NCBI GenBank assembly: GCA_964585065.1
Contig: CAZPCB010000003.1
Location: 67,776-131,775 of the forward strand
Direction: 5' to 3'
Source of the DNA: an uncultured Candidatus Saccharibacteria bacterium
GTDB taxonomy: Bacteria; Patescibacteriota; Minisyncoccia; SW-4-49-11
DNA length: 64,000 nt
The notes below the pieces were generated by a model. The model was not told where the DNA came from. It did no database searches and saw only the letters and a list, made by a program, of their open reading frames with translations. Positions 49,617-60,621 of the stretch are shown one piece after another. The position numbers and the translations under genes are program-made. The number at the start of each line of letters is the position of its first letter. The stretch's first letter is position 1.

Positions 49617-52324
49617 TTCCCCTCCAATCTCACTCGCCATTTGTAGACTTCGGCGACGGCGATGACGATAGCGATGGAGATAAATCCATAATAAATAGAA
49701 TCATATAGCGAAACTGGGGTGAATTGTAAGATTCTCTGGAGGAATGGGAGGGTTATCATAGCTACTAAGATGAGAGCTGAGGCGGCGACTGCTAGGTTGA
49801 TCATACGATTGGAGAAGAAACCTATGTTGAATAGAGATTCTTTTGGGGATCGCATATTATAGCTATTGGCTAATTGCATCAAGGCTAAGCAGAGGAAAAA
49901 CATTGTTCTCGCCTGCTCTATACCATTGACTAAATAGGCTAGATAAATCCAGAAGCCTATGACGGTCATAGTTAAAGTCATAACTATAATATAGGGGTAG
50001 GTATTGGGTGAGACTACTTTCATATTGGCTGGCAGTGGTTTTTCTAACAAAATTCCTTTATGGCTTCGCTCGGTGGCAAGGGCAATATCTGAAATTCCAT
50101 TGGTCACCAAGTTTAGGCACAAAACTTGTATAGCTAAAAGTGGTAGCGGCAGCCCTAAGCTGAGGCTTAATATAAAGAGCAAAATCTCCGCAATACTGGT
50201 AGTGATGAGGAAAATACTAGTTTGTTGTATATTCCTGAATATAACTCTTCCCTCTTCCAGAGCCGAGATAATGCTGACAAAATTATCATCAGTGAGCACA
50301 ATATCACTAGCCTCTCTTGCAACATCAGTACCTCTGATGCCCATAGCTATGCCTATATCGGCTTTTTTGAGGGCTGGGGCATCATTTACCCCGTCTCCCG
50401 TCATAGCCACGATATGCTTGTGTTTTTGTAAGATAGTGGCTACTCTGAGCTTACTTCTTGGACTTAACCTAGCTAATACAGAAATATGCTTGAGTTTTTT
50501 ATATAACTCTTTATCAGATAAAGCTTGAATCTCATCATCGGTCAAAGCTTCTCCCGTCTCGTCAATCAGCCTAATAGATTTAGCAATAGCAAGGGCGGTA
50601 TCTTTATGATCTCCTGTAGCCATAATTACTCTGACTCCTGCCTTTTTGGCCTGTGTAATGGCATCAGCTACTTCGGCTCGAGGTGGGTCTATAATCCCAA
50701 CTATACCAACAAAGACTAAACCTTGAATTTGCTCAGTTTGAATAGCTGTTACCCCTGATTTTTCATCTCTATAAGCAAGAGCTATAACCCGCATTGCTTG
50801 TTTAGAGAATTGAACTATTTGCTGATTAACCTTCTCAATATGATTATCTGTTAAATCAATTATATTACCTTTTTTATCTAAAATTTTATTACTTAATTTC
50901 AGCAAAGTTTCACTAGCCCCTATCACCATCATCTGATATAAGTCCTGATCCTGATTATTAACATAGCTGGCTCTAAATTTATTCTCAGAGCGAAAAGGTA
51001 AATCAGCTAATCGATGCCATTCATTATCTAATAAATCTTTATTCAAATTAGATTTGAGGGACAAAACAGATAAAGCCACTTCGGTAGGGTCTCCAATACT
51101 TTTAATAATAGATTTACCATTATCTAGCTTTTCCTCATATAATTGACCATTGTGAGCTAGCCCCGCAATATGTACTAATTTGGCAATAGCGGGATAGTCT
51201 AGTGGGAGAATTGTATTATTATTTTGCTTAAATTCTCCCTGTGTCTCTAAGCCTCGACCAGTAATATCTATTATTGGCTCATCCAAAACCCATAATTTTT
51301 GAACCGTCATATTATTCTCAGTCAAAGTTCCCGTTTTATCTGTAATAATAGTATCCATCACAGCAAGAGATTCCGTGACTGGAAGAGACCTTATAATAGC
51401 CTTTTTATCACTCATTCTTTTAGCTCCAATAGCTAGTACCACTACCAAAACTACTGGCAAACTCTCTGGTATACCACCCACTAGAGCAGACAAAGTAAAA
51501 CCTATCATCTCATCTAAAGGTAGTCCCCGAAACCAAAATCCAATCACAAACAGAATTGCTGCTGAGCTAAAAGCAAAAACAGCTAATTGACGAGCTAAAG
51601 TAGCAGTTTGAGTATGGAAATGAGTCTTTTCTACTGGTAGTTTTTGAATATCCTCGGCAATTGTCCCAATTTGAGTATTCATACCTGTAGCCACTACCAC
51701 AGCTTTTGCCCAGCCAGTAGCTACCAGAGTGCCCATCCAAACAGAATTCACCATATCGCCTATACCAACTTCTTTTGTAATTATTTTTAAGGATTTTTGA
51801 GTTGGTTGCGACTCCCCCGTCAAAGCCGACTCTATGGTCTGTAATTCTACAGCCTCAATCAATCTAGCATCAGCTGGGACTTTATCTCCCTCTTCCAAAA
51901 TAATAATATCTCCCGGAACTAAATCTTTAGCATCATGCTCCTCCAGATGGCCATCGCGATACACCTTAGTTTTGACCAAAATTTTCTGAGCCAGAGCCGA
52001 CACCGCTCTCTCTGCCCTATACTCTTGAGAAAACCCAATAATAGAATTGATCAACACAATAACAATAATAATCCAAAAGTCCACCCAATGATCAAAGATA
52101 GCTGAAAGTATAGCAGATAAAATCAACACATAGACTAATCCATTATGAAATTGTTTTAGAAATGTCCAAATAGGTGAGGTACTCTGTTTGGGAGTTAATA
52201 TATTTTTACCATATTGTACTTGTCTAACTTTTATCTCTTGAGAAGTAAGCCCCCTTGTATTAATAGCTAACAGTCCTAATATTTCTTCTATCGTAAGCTG
52301 ATAATATTCTTTTCTTTGTTTCAT
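49613..52324 (-). CDS. P2-type cation (probably Ca2+) transporting P-type ATPase
   Basis: DKTGTLT phosphorylation motif, TGES, IPESLP (PEGLP-type), and GDGVNDAPALKKADIGIAMG. 903 aa. Confidence 0.9.
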   Translation of the reverse strand: MKQRKEYYQLTIEEILGLLAINTRGLTSQEIKVRQVQYGKNILTPKQSTSPIWTFLKQFHNGLVYVLILSAILSAIFDHWVDFWIIIVIVLINSIIGFSQEYRAERAVSALAQKILVKTKVYRDGHLEEHDAKDLVPGDIIILEEGDKVPADARLIEAVELQTIESALTGESQPTQKSLKIITKEVGIGDMVNSVWMGTLVATGWAKAVVVATGMNTQIGTIAEDIQKLPVEKTHFHTQTATLARQLAVFAFSSAAILFVIGFWFRGLPLDEMIGFTLSALVGGIPESLPVVLVVVLAIGAKRMSDKKAIIRSLPVTESLAVMDTIITDKTGTLTENNMTVQKLWVLDEPIIDITGRGLETQGEFKQNNNTILPLDYPAIAKLVHIAGLAHNGQLYEEKLDNGKSIIKSIGDPTEVALSVLSLKSNLNKDLLDNEWHRLADLPFRSENKFRASYVNNQDQDLYQMMVIGASETLLKLSNKILDKKGNIIDLTDNHIEKVNQQIVQFSKQAMRVIALAYRDEKSGVTAIQTEQIQGLVFVGIVGIIDPPRAEVADAITQAKKAGVRVIMATGDHKDTALAIAKSIRLIDETGEALTDDEIQALSDKELYKKLKHISVLARLSPRSKLRVATILQKHKHIVAMTGDGVNDAPALKKADIGIAMGIRGTDVAREASDIVLTDDNFVSIISALEEGRVIFRNIQQTSIFLITTSIAEILLFILSLSLGLPLPLLAIQVLCLNLVTNGISDIALATERSHKGILLEKPLPANMKVVSPNTYPYIIVMTLTMTVIGFWIYLAYLVNGIEQARTMFFLCLALMQLANSYNMRSPKESLFNIGFFSNRMINLAVAASALILVAMITLPFLQRILQFTPVSLYDSIYYGFISIAIVIAVAEVYKWRVRLEGK

Positions 52325-52336
52325 ATATCAACAATA

Positions 52337-53956
52337 TTATTGTCCCTCATATTTATCCATATGAGCAGTTTTAGGTATTTTGACTACAAATACTGCCCCC
52401 TGTGAAGAGCCGGGGTTTTTGAGTTTCAATGTCCCATGATGCATCCCGACAATAGTACGAGAAATAAATAACCCAAGCCCTGAACCATTAGGATTTTGAT
52501 CCCCGGCAACTCGAGCTCGGAATCGAGATTTAAAGATTTTATCTTTTATATTAGGATCTATTCCAGGACCATTATCTCTAAATCGAATTTGTAATCTATC
52601 CCCCTCATCAATTATCGTAATCCAGACTTTTCCTTTTCCATAATATACTGCATTAGATAATAAATTTTGAAATACCTCTTTCATCCTTACACTATCCATA
52701 GAAACTTTAAAATCTTCTCCTATTGATTTCAAAATAACTTCAGTATCAAAATATTCTAATATATATTTATTGTCCTGAAGAAGATAATTTAATTCATCTT
52801 TTACATTTACTTCTGGTCGCATAATAACTCCAAATCTATTCGCTTTAATTGCATTAAAAGCGAGTATATCATTTACAATAGCAATAAGTCTCTGAGCATT
52901 AAGATATACTCTAACCAAATCATCATGAGTTGCTTGATTCATCTTATATTTACCTTGCCATTGTTCCAAAATGAGAGATAAGAATCCATTTAATGATGTA
53001 AGTGGTGTGCGCAATTGATGAGATGTCATACGAAGAAATAAATCCTTTGACTCAATTGTCTCAATCAATTTCTTATTAGCTCGCTCTAATTGATGTTCTC
53101 GAGTAATTCCTTTTAATAATTCTCTTAATAATGTATAGGCGACTCCAGTAAATATAATAAAGAATATTATACTTACTATTACCTCATAGGTATTTTTAGA
53201 TACAAAAATATATACAAATAAAATAATACCCATTAATCCGAGTAATATTTCAGATAAAATCATTTTGATATCAAAGAGATGATGTTTTAAAATAGCATAA
53301 GAAGTAAAGATAGTCAAAAATATTGTAGATAATTGTCCAGCCCAATTAAATGCAACTATTCCTATCCATGGAAAAATTAAATTGGTTAAAAAAGCTGGGT
53401 AAGTAGATAAAGATGTCCCTAAGATAATGAATAGAATTTGCTTTTGTTTAAACCCTTTAAACTCCTTGTATTTTAATATCAATTCATAAAATGCAAGATT
53501 AAATGTTGCAATTAAGAATATAACATATATCCAGAAAAGCTTACCAAAAATAATTTTATGCTCCATACCATCTTGTAGGACAACTGAGCTAATTATATAA
53601 GGGGTGGTCCATGTTAATATAAGTAGGAAAGTCAAGAAAATTAATAAAGCTTTTTCTAATATTTTATTCTTTTTGACATATATAAAACGATTTACAAAAA
53701 GTAAAAATACCATTGGAATCAAAAGAGCAGAAATATATAGTAATTTTGTAATTCCTAAAAGAGCATCTACATTATTAGTAGACCGATATATAATCATCAT
53801 TACAATCCAACCAACTACAGCTAATGCAACCAATGAAAATAATTTTCCACTTTTATCTTGTTTTTCATTAGAGCTAAAAAAGAGCAATAACCCTAAAGCA
53901 AGATTTGTTACTCCAATTGTGATTAGTAATATATTTATTACATCAAATCCCACCAT
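52337..53956 (-). CDS. Sensor histidine kinase with polytopic N-terminal sensor domain
   Basis: About 7 N-terminal transmembrane helices, an H-box HQLRTPLTSLNGF, and N/G boxes (NLLSNAVYY, DNGPGI, GSGLGLFISR). Confidence 0.8.
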   Translation of the reverse strand: MVGFDVINILLITIGVTNLALGLLLFFSSNEKQDKSGKLFSLVALAVVGWIVMMIIYRSTNNVDALLGITKLLYISALLIPMVFLLFVNRFIYVKKNKILEKALLIFLTFLLILTWTTPYIISSVVLQDGMEHKIIFGKLFWIYVIFLIATFNLAFYELILKYKEFKGFKQKQILFIILGTSLSTYPAFLTNLIFPWIGIVAFNWAGQLSTIFLTIFTSYAILKHHLFDIKMILSEILLGLMGIILFVYIFVSKNTYEVIVSIIFFIIFTGVAYTLLRELLKGITREHQLERANKKLIETIESKDLFLRMTSHQLRTPLTSLNGFLSLILEQWQGKYKMNQATHDDLVRVYLNAQRLIAIVNDILAFNAIKANRFGVIMRPEVNVKDELNYLLQDNKYILEYFDTEVILKSIGEDFKVSMDSVRMKEVFQNLLSNAVYYGKGKVWITIIDEGDRLQIRFRDNGPGIDPNIKDKIFKSRFRARVAGDQNPNGSGLGLFISRTIVGMHHGTLKLKNPGSSQGAVFVVKIPKTAHMDKYEGQ

Positions 53957-53994
53957 TATATTAATTTTATTTTGTTTTTATTATTATGTAAAAA

Positions 53995-55131
53995 TTATAA
54001 TCGTGTTATCTTTGCCTCTAGATTATCATTATCCCAACTAGCGCAACATGGTATTCCCTCTCTATAAGCTCTTGGGAAATTTGGGAAAGATTTTCCTTTT
54101 ACTCCAATAATATGGAATAATGTTACTCCTTTTTCTTTAAGACTATGAGTAAGTTCTCGAGAAGGTTCTGGATATACTTCATTTATTATGATAACTTTTT
54201 CATTGAAATAAAGCAAATTTTCTTGTAATGCTTTTTGGGTTGCAACATTAAGAATAATAACTTTGTCTTTTACTTTTTTTAGAATATCTTCCATAGCAGG
54301 TGAGTCAGCATCTTGTTTATCAATACAATATACTTCTCTATTCTCCATTTCAGATACAAACTTATTTCCAATAAAGCCTTTTCCTCCTAATACAATAATA
54401 GGGGTGCTATCCGGAAGATTTAATTCATCAATAGCTTTTAATACAGCCTGCTTTACAGCTTTTACTGTAACATCTAATTCTATTGGTAACGTATGGATAA
54501 TATTCTTTTTATAGAATATTCCTGGTAATATACCGGCAAAAGTCATTTGATCAGCTTCTAATAAAGATTTAAGATAATTCATTCTCAGCCATAATATTCT
54601 TAGATTTTCAATATTATTCTCATCTCTAAAATCTTTTTCTGTAGAAGATATTGCAAATTGAATACCAATTTTACCATTTTGAATAAAAAACCCAGTAAAC
54701 CATGGATGCCATCGAGTTTCTTCTAAAACAGTATCAAATACATATTCCGTCGCAAATTTATGATTAGCAGGATATGCTAAGAATACTGTTTTAATAAACG
54801 GTATTCTTTTATTAATAGTTCCTAACAAAGCCAAAAAAATGCGATTATTTAATATCAAATTAATATTCAAAACAAATAGTCGACGAACTCTTCGCTTAAC
54901 AGACTTAATTTTTAATAATGAATAGCTAAACCAAATAACAGTAAATATACTAAAAATAAGCCATAAAGATATGATTAAATAACTACCTCTCATTATAAAT
55001 GAATTGATAACAAATATAATATATCCTATGAAAACTGCTGTCAACAAAGATAACTCAGCAAAGTAACGTAGCTTCTGTACAGAAAATTTAGACATATACT
55101 TATACCCCATTAATTGACCCCACCATAGCAT
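53995..55131 (-). CDS. Hypothetical membrane protein with C-terminal Rossmann-like (GxGxxG) domain
   Basis: N-terminal transmembrane helices and IIVLGGKGFIGN in the C-terminal half. Function unknown. Confidence 0.35.
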   Translation of the reverse strand: MLWWGQLMGYKYMSKFSVQKLRYFAELSLLTAVFIGYIIFVINSFIMRGSYLIISLWLIFSIFTVIWFSYSLLKIKSVKRRVRRLFVLNINLILNNRIFLALLGTINKRIPFIKTVFLAYPANHKFATEYVFDTVLEETRWHPWFTGFFIQNGKIGIQFAISSTEKDFRDENNIENLRILWLRMNYLKSLLEADQMTFAGILPGIFYKKNIIHTLPIELDVTVKAVKQAVLKAIDELNLPDSTPIIVLGGKGFIGNKFVSEMENREVYCIDKQDADSPAMEDILKKVKDKVIILNVATQKALQENLLYFNEKVIIINEVYPEPSRELTHSLKEKGVTLFHIIGVKGKSFPNFPRAYREGIPCCASWDNDNLEAKITRL

Positions 55132-55177
55132 ATTTTTGTATTTTTGTCAATAGGTGTCAGACAAAAAATTTATTATA

Positions 55178-55879
55178 TCACCTCAGCACAATGGTCATAG
55201 ACTTAAGTTCACGGCGAGCAAATTCACTGAGCGCATATAGGGCTAATATAAGACCCATCATTTCTAAGAATTCCTCAATATGAGAGAGCTGCACATACCA
55301 ATTAGTAAGCCCCTCTGTACTCAATACAAGTCCTCCAATAGCCTCTACCCCAATAACACCAAATACATATATCATACCTCCTGATATTAAATAAGACCCT
55401 ATACTGCGGGGTAATCGGAATAAGAATTGTATATAGGCAAGTCCTACAATCAGAGCAATAGCAAGTCCCACTATTACCCATGATTGATATAGCCAACCCG
55501 TTAATCCAAATGCATTACGTAATGGATCAATTAATAATTCATGCAAGCCTCCTACCTCATCTAAAGCAATATACAAGAATAAACAAGCAAGTCCTCTCCA
55601 GCCAGCAGATTTTTTCCCTTGAGACTTCATATGAGATGCAATCAAGGAAGCTACCAAAGCACTATATAATGCAATAGAAGCGGTAAACCATGTCGGGATA
55701 TTTGCCTCCTGATCTACATTGAATACACGACTTGGCTCTGACATAATACTATAGGAGAGTGAAGCTTTTTTCTCCAATAATTCATCCCCTTGGGGAGATA
55801 CAATAGCACTAATCACAATTAATATTACTGCAATCAATACCATTCCAATTATCACCATTCTTTGATTCCAGTATATCAT
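55178..55879 (-). CDS. Polytopic integral membrane protein, hypothetical
   Basis: 233 aa with about 6 hydrophobic helices. No motif recognised. Confidence 0.4.
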   Translation of the reverse strand: MIYWNQRMVIIGMVLIAVILIVISAIVSPQGDELLEKKASLSYSIMSEPSRVFNVDQEANIPTWFTASIALYSALVASLIASHMKSQGKKSAGWRGLACLFLYIALDEVGGLHELLIDPLRNAFGLTGWLYQSWVIVGLAIALIVGLAYIQFLFRLPRSIGSYLISGGMIYVFGVIGVEAIGGLVLSTEGLTNWYVQLSHIEEFLEMMGLILALYALSEFARRELKSMTIVLR

Positions 55880-55966
55880 TCTATTCTTATCAATTCTGTC
55901 TCTCGTATTGTATTTATTGTACTATAAGATAACGTATTTGGGTAGTTAAAATAATATAAATCTCAT

Positions 55967-56593
55967 TTGACAGAGATATCCTTTTATTATAATATAACTT
56001 CGTTCATTATTAAGGATATTATGGTCACCCCTTTTATCAACCTAGTGGGTGCGGGTGGTGGGGGTAAATCAACTCTCATCCGCTATCTTCTCAAGAATAT
56101 TCCCAATACTAGATTCCTGAAGCTGTATACCACCAGACCTCCAGATGTTAACCGTGGAGAATTAGAATCATCTCTTGAGTATAACTTTGTCACTCAAGAG
56201 CAGTATCAAGCTCTAAAGGATATAGCAACAATCTGGGAAGAACTTCAATCTGGAGGATATCATTATGGTGTAGATGTCTCAGCAATTGAGCCTCTACGGG
56301 AGCAAGGTACAATATTTTTATCTACCATGCAACTCGAGAAAATAAGTCTCGATAGAAGGATAGGCCTATATAGCCCACCAGTGATATTCGTCACTCTCGA
56401 TGTCTCCCAAGATGTCTTGATTGCAAGAGGAATACCTATTGAGCGAATCTTGCGGAAAACCGAGCCAATAGATACTTTCAAAGAGATGTCCTCTCTTGTC
56501 CTACCACAAACAGGAGATCTTGAAACTGACCTTGCCGATGGTCTCAACCAAATCCAAGAACTCATCAAAAGCTTCACCATCAGCCCCTCTTAG
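55967..56593 (+). CDS. Guanylate kinase-like P-loop nucleoside monophosphate kinase (probable start at Met 56021)
   Basis: P-loop LVGAGGGGKSTLIRYL, then a YTTRPP...GE......Y.FV...Y segment and GGYHYGV. This is the Gmk architecture but a divergent P-loop. Confidence 0.5.
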   Translation: MTEISFYYNITSFIIKDIMVTPFINLVGAGGGGKSTLIRYLLKNIPNTRFLKLYTTRPPDVNRGELESSLEYNFVTQEQYQALKDIATIWEELQSGGYHYGVDVSAIEPLREQGTIFLSTMQLEKISLDRRIGLYSPPVIFVTLDVSQDVLIARGIPIERILRKTEPIDTFKEMSSLVLPQTGDLETDLADGLNQIQELIKSFTISPS

Positions 56594-56606
56594 GAGGGGC
56601 TTTTTT
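56583..56606 (+). terminator. Rho-independent terminator
   Basis: GCCCCTC-TTAG-GAGGGGC followed by TTTTTTC. Confidence 0.75.
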
Positions 56607-56612
56607 CTTTCC

Positions 56613-57383
56613 CTAACTCCTCAATCCAACGCCTCGGCGGAGTAGCATTAAGTCGGAAATAGAGAGTACGAGTACAAGTATGACAAGAATAGTTACAGAT
56701 ATTCCAATATTGACATCAGATATCCCAAAAAATCCATATCTAAAACCATTTACCATATACAGAATAGGATTAAATCGTGAGACATTTTGCCAGAATTCTG
56801 GGAGAGCATTAACAGAATAAAATACTCCTCCAAGATAGGTAAGCGGAGTTAATACAAAGGTTGGGACAATAGCGGTATGGTCAAATTTCTTGGCAAATAC
56901 AGCATTCATCAGCCCACCTAATGAGAATACTACTGCTGTTAAAACAGAGAACAGTATGACTGCCCACAAATTCATAATAGTCAGCTTGGTAAATAATAAT
57001 GCGATAATCAGCACCAAAACTCCCACTACAAGTCCTCGTACCACGCCTCCAATAACATATCCCCACACAATAACCCAATTTGGTGTTGGAGAAACCAATA
57101 ATTCTTCTATGCTTTTACCAAATTTAGCTCCAAAAAATGATCCCACCACATTCATAAAGGCATTGGTAATAATCGCCATCATCACTAGACCCGGTACAAT
57201 GAATTGCATATAACTCACTCCCTCAATATCTCGGATTTGTGATCCTACAAAAGCTCCAAAAATCAAAAAGTAAAGACTGGTGGTAATCACCGAAGGTAAT
57301 AATGTTTGCGTCCAGATTCGAAAAATTCGAATCATTTCTTTATGTATAATAGTATATAATGGTATCCAAATAGGTGCTTTCAT
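56613..57383 (-). CDS. ABC-2 type transporter permease
   Basis: 256 aa with 6 transmembrane helices. Translationally coupled to the upstream ABC ATPase, 1 nt apart. Confidence 0.7.
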   Translation of the reverse strand: MKAPIWIPLYTIIHKEMIRIFRIWTQTLLPSVITTSLYFLIFGAFVGSQIRDIEGVSYMQFIVPGLVMMAIITNAFMNVVGSFFGAKFGKSIEELLVSPTPNWVIVWGYVIGGVVRGLVVGVLVLIIALLFTKLTIMNLWAVILFSVLTAVVFSLGGLMNAVFAKKFDHTAIVPTFVLTPLTYLGGVFYSVNALPEFWQNVSRFNPILYMVNGFRYGFFGISDVNIGISVTILVILVLVLSISDLMLLRRGVGLRS

Positions 57384-57384
57384 A

Positions 57385-58290
57385 TTATTGATTTACTTTA
57401 TTGATGAATACTTCCTCGAGTCTATTGCTCTTATTACGAATTCCCATCACTTGAATACTATGCTGATGTAAATCTTGGGTAATGGTATACAAATCCTCCC
57501 CTTTCAGTAAATCTGTTTCAATGGTATCTTTATCTACCAAACGATATCGCTCAGGAAGACCCTTAGCCTCCCCTACAATATCTAATATCAGGGTATCCTT
57601 GGTCAGTTCAGATAATAATTCTTTAACTGTACCTATTTCAAGAATATTCCCTTTATTAATAATTCCCACTCTATCACAAAGATTCTCTGCCTCCTCGAGA
57701 TAATGGGTAGTAAGTATAATAGTAAACCCCTCATTATGAAGTTCTCGTACGAATTCCCACATTTCACGCCGAAGGTCAACATCTACTCCCGCTGATGGCT
57801 CATCGAGTATCAGGATTTCTGGTTTATGGATAAGGGCTCGAGCTATCATAAGTCTCCGCTTCATACCCCCAGATAATTGCATTGCAATAGTATCTTTTTT
57901 ATCCCAAAGACCAAGCCGCTTGAGTAGCACCTCAGAATATTCTGTAGCTTCTTTTACCGGCACACCATAATATCCTCCCTGTTGTACTACAATATCCTGA
58001 ACTTTTTCAAACCAATTAAAATTAAATTCCTGTGGGACTACTCCAAGATAAGTCTTGGCCTCGGAGGGAAATTTTGCAAAATCTATACCATTAATAATAA
58101 TTTCCCCCTTAGTTTTATTAGCAAGTGTAGTCAGTACATTAATTAATGTTGACTTCCCCGCTCCATTTGGCCCGAGTAACCCGAATATCTCTCCTTTATA
58201 TATAGTTAAATCTACTCCATTGAGAGCTTTAACCTTACCATCGCTATATGTCTTATATAACCCCTTTATATCTAATGCAATATCTGCCAT
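57385..58290 (-). CDS. ABC transporter ATP-binding protein
   Basis: Walker A GPNGAGKST, signature LSGGMKRRL, and Walker B ILILDEPSAGVD. Confidence 0.9.
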   Translation of the reverse strand: MADIALDIKGLYKTYSDGKVKALNGVDLTIYKGEIFGLLGPNGAGKSTLINVLTTLANKTKGEIIINGIDFAKFPSEAKTYLGVVPQEFNFNWFEKVQDIVVQQGGYYGVPVKEATEYSEVLLKRLGLWDKKDTIAMQLSGGMKRRLMIARALIHKPEILILDEPSAGVDVDLRREMWEFVRELHNEGFTIILTTHYLEEAENLCDRVGIINKGNILEIGTVKELLSELTKDTLILDIVGEAKGLPERYRLVDKDTIETDLLKGEDLYTITQDLHQHSIQVMGIRNKSNRLEEVFINKVNQ

Positions 58291-58293
58291 ATA

Positions 58294-59196
58294 TTATACT
58301 TTATCTGAATATTTTTTGAAAACTGCAATTAATCCAATTCCAATCAATATACTGATACCAATTCCAAGAATATATTCTGAATCCCAAGGAGTTTGTAATA
58401 TATAGCTTTTATCATTAACCTCAAAAAATGGCCACATTGCCCGTAATGACGCTAAGAGAATTCCCGTAATAATAGCCATAATAATACTATGATATGAGGC
58501 TAAAGCTTTTTTTATTAAACTAATAGAGAGTAAGAACCCTACTCCGAGCCCACTAAAGAATATAATTAACGGTAAGAGAGCAGTAAAATCTAATTTCACA
58601 ATATCTCCCACTAACCCAAGAATATACTGATATAATCCCATTGCGACCAATACAGTAGAACCTCCCGATCCAAGTAACATAGAAGCTACTCCTAATACTC
58701 CTCCAATAAAAATATACCAATAAGATGGGCTGGTGATAAGCTCGGTAGGAGTTAATGAGAATACTCCAAAGAAAATAATACTGGATATAATAAGCAGAAT
58801 ATAATGAATAGATTCTTTTTTATGAATACTTGCCCATGGCACTGAGATAGATGCTAAAATAAGCCCAAAGAAAAACCCATATACATATTGAGGTACAATG
58901 TCCAAAAGAGTATGTAATAATTGGGATAATCCGATAATTGCAATCAGAGTTCCTACAAATAATGAAATCCCAAATCTCCAAGGAATAGCCCGAGCCACAG
59001 TCTTAACTTCAGACCATTTTCCACGGCGTAATATGATAACAGCAAATCCTGTTTTAATCAGTTGTGAGAATTGGAATAATAAATCAATAAATTTCTCATA
59101 TATTCCCAAAACCAAAGCTAAAGTAGCTGCATTAAGACCAGGGATAAGCTCTGCCACCCCCATCGCGACTCCCTGTAATACGGTGATTAAATTCAT
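58294..59196 (-). CDS. Polytopic membrane protein, hypothetical (first gene of the ABC cluster)
   Basis: 300 aa with about 8 transmembrane helices. No confident family assignment. Confidence 0.4.
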   Translation of the reverse strand: MNLITVLQGVAMGVAELIPGLNAATLALVLGIYEKFIDLLFQFSQLIKTGFAVIILRRGKWSEVKTVARAIPWRFGISLFVGTLIAIIGLSQLLHTLLDIVPQYVYGFFFGLILASISVPWASIHKKESIHYILLIISSIIFFGVFSLTPTELITSPSYWYIFIGGVLGVASMLLGSGGSTVLVAMGLYQYILGLVGDIVKLDFTALLPLIIFFSGLGVGFLLSISLIKKALASYHSIIMAIITGILLASLRAMWPFFEVNDKSYILQTPWDSEYILGIGISILIGIGLIAVFKKYSDKV

Positions 59197-59283
59197 ATAC
59201 TTTTATACTAAAATATTAGACCTATTATAGCATAAAGTATGAGACAATGATATAATAGATACAATTGTCAGTAAAAACATGTT

Positions 59284-60567
59284 ATGGTGAAAGCCTTTAT
59301 AAAAAAACAATATCATAGCCCTCTATTCCGTGGAGGTATGATTGTATTTATGGGATCATTTGGAGTGGGAGCTCTTAATTATATATTCAATATTATTGTC
59401 GCTCGTATACTCGACAAAGAGCAACTTGGTACTTTTGCAAGTTTATTCTCCCTACTCACCATCATCATCGTATTAGGGGGGGCCTTGAGCCTAGTAGTAA
59501 TCAAATTCTCATCGGTACTCTATGCCAAAAAAGATTATCCTGCTCTTGCCTCTTTTATCCGTATTTTATGCTATTATCTTGGACTTATATCCCTAGGACT
59601 TATTATTCTATTTGGTATTGCGAGCCCCTTTATTTACCGCTTTCTCCATCTTGAATCCTTTGGACCACTTATTATACTCGCCTTAGCTCTGGGGCTATCT
59701 CTCATAGGCTCTATTGGGACTAGTGTCTTACAAGGCACTCAAAGATTTACCGGATTTTCTATTGCTAGCCTTTTTGGAGTCATAGCGAAAATATCAGCAC
59801 TTATTATATTTACCCTCCCCTTTTGGCCCATGTCTCCTGTAACTGGAGCTATGCTATCCGTACCAATATCAAGCATATTAATGCTTGCTCTATCCCTATA
59901 TTTCCTCCGTGATATATTAAAAACATATAATCCAGAATCTCCCAAATTACCCCATTTCAAATGGAAAGATATTATTATTTATACCATACCTACAACTGTA
60001 GCAGTATTGGGAATTACCCTACTCAATTCTGTTGATATAATTCTCGCTAAACATTATCTTATTGATGAGACATCAGGAGATTATGCAGGACTTACTACAT
60101 TAGGAAAAATTATATTTTTTGCTACCTCCGCTATTCCTGTAGCAATGTTTCCTATTGTATCCGCCCGTCATGCTGTAGATGAACCTCATCACAAAATGCT
60201 ATATGCTTCCCTTGCCTCTGTAGGATTAATGAGCTTAATAGCCTTTATATTCTATCAATATTTCCCTGAACTTATTGTCAAAACTTTATTAGGAGATAAA
60301 TTCCTCCCCATTGTACCCCTACTTGGTAAATTTGCCCTCATTATGGGGATGTATTCCCTTATTAATGTACTTGTCAATTATAATCTCTCTATTCAAAAAT
60401 ATAGCCTCAGTATATTCCCTGTAATTGGAAGTATTACCATGGCCATTGCTATTGTATATAATAATTCATCTTTAGAAAGTATTGTAAATGCTGTATTCTG
60501 GAATATGACAGGATTATTCATAATTATAGCTCTGATAAGCATATATCAGAACCGTAAAATCACTTAA
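59284..60567 (+). CDS. MOP-superfamily polysaccharide/oligosaccharide flippase-like membrane protein
   Basis: 427 aa with about 12 transmembrane helices and a Wzx/MATE-like hydropathy pattern. Assignment is by topology only. Confidence 0.45.
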   Translation: MVKAFIKKQYHSPLFRGGMIVFMGSFGVGALNYIFNIIVARILDKEQLGTFASLFSLLTIIIVLGGALSLVVIKFSSVLYAKKDYPALASFIRILCYYLGLISLGLIILFGIASPFIYRFLHLESFGPLIILALALGLSLIGSIGTSVLQGTQRFTGFSIASLFGVIAKISALIIFTLPFWPMSPVTGAMLSVPISSILMLALSLYFLRDILKTYNPESPKLPHFKWKDIIIYTIPTTVAVLGITLLNSVDIILAKHYLIDETSGDYAGLTTLGKIIFFATSAIPVAMFPIVSARHAVDEPHHKMLYASLASVGLMSLIAFIFYQYFPELIVKTLLGDKFLPIVPLLGKFALIMGMYSLINVLVNYNLSIQKYSLSIFPVIGSITMAIAIVYNNSSLESIVNAVFWNMTGLFIIIALISIYQNRKIT

Positions 60568-60586
60568 TATTTGATGTCATTATATA

Positions 60587-60615
60587 TTGACAAATTAGTG
60601 GTTTTATGCTATAGT
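60587..60615 (+). promoter_or_regulatory. Near-consensus sigma70 promoter (TTGACA-17 nt-TATAGT)
   Basis: TTGACA at 60587-60592, a 17-nt spacer, and TATAGT at 60610-60615. Lies immediately upstream of the second GC-rich unit. Confidence 0.65.
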
Positions 60616-60621
60616 TGTAAT

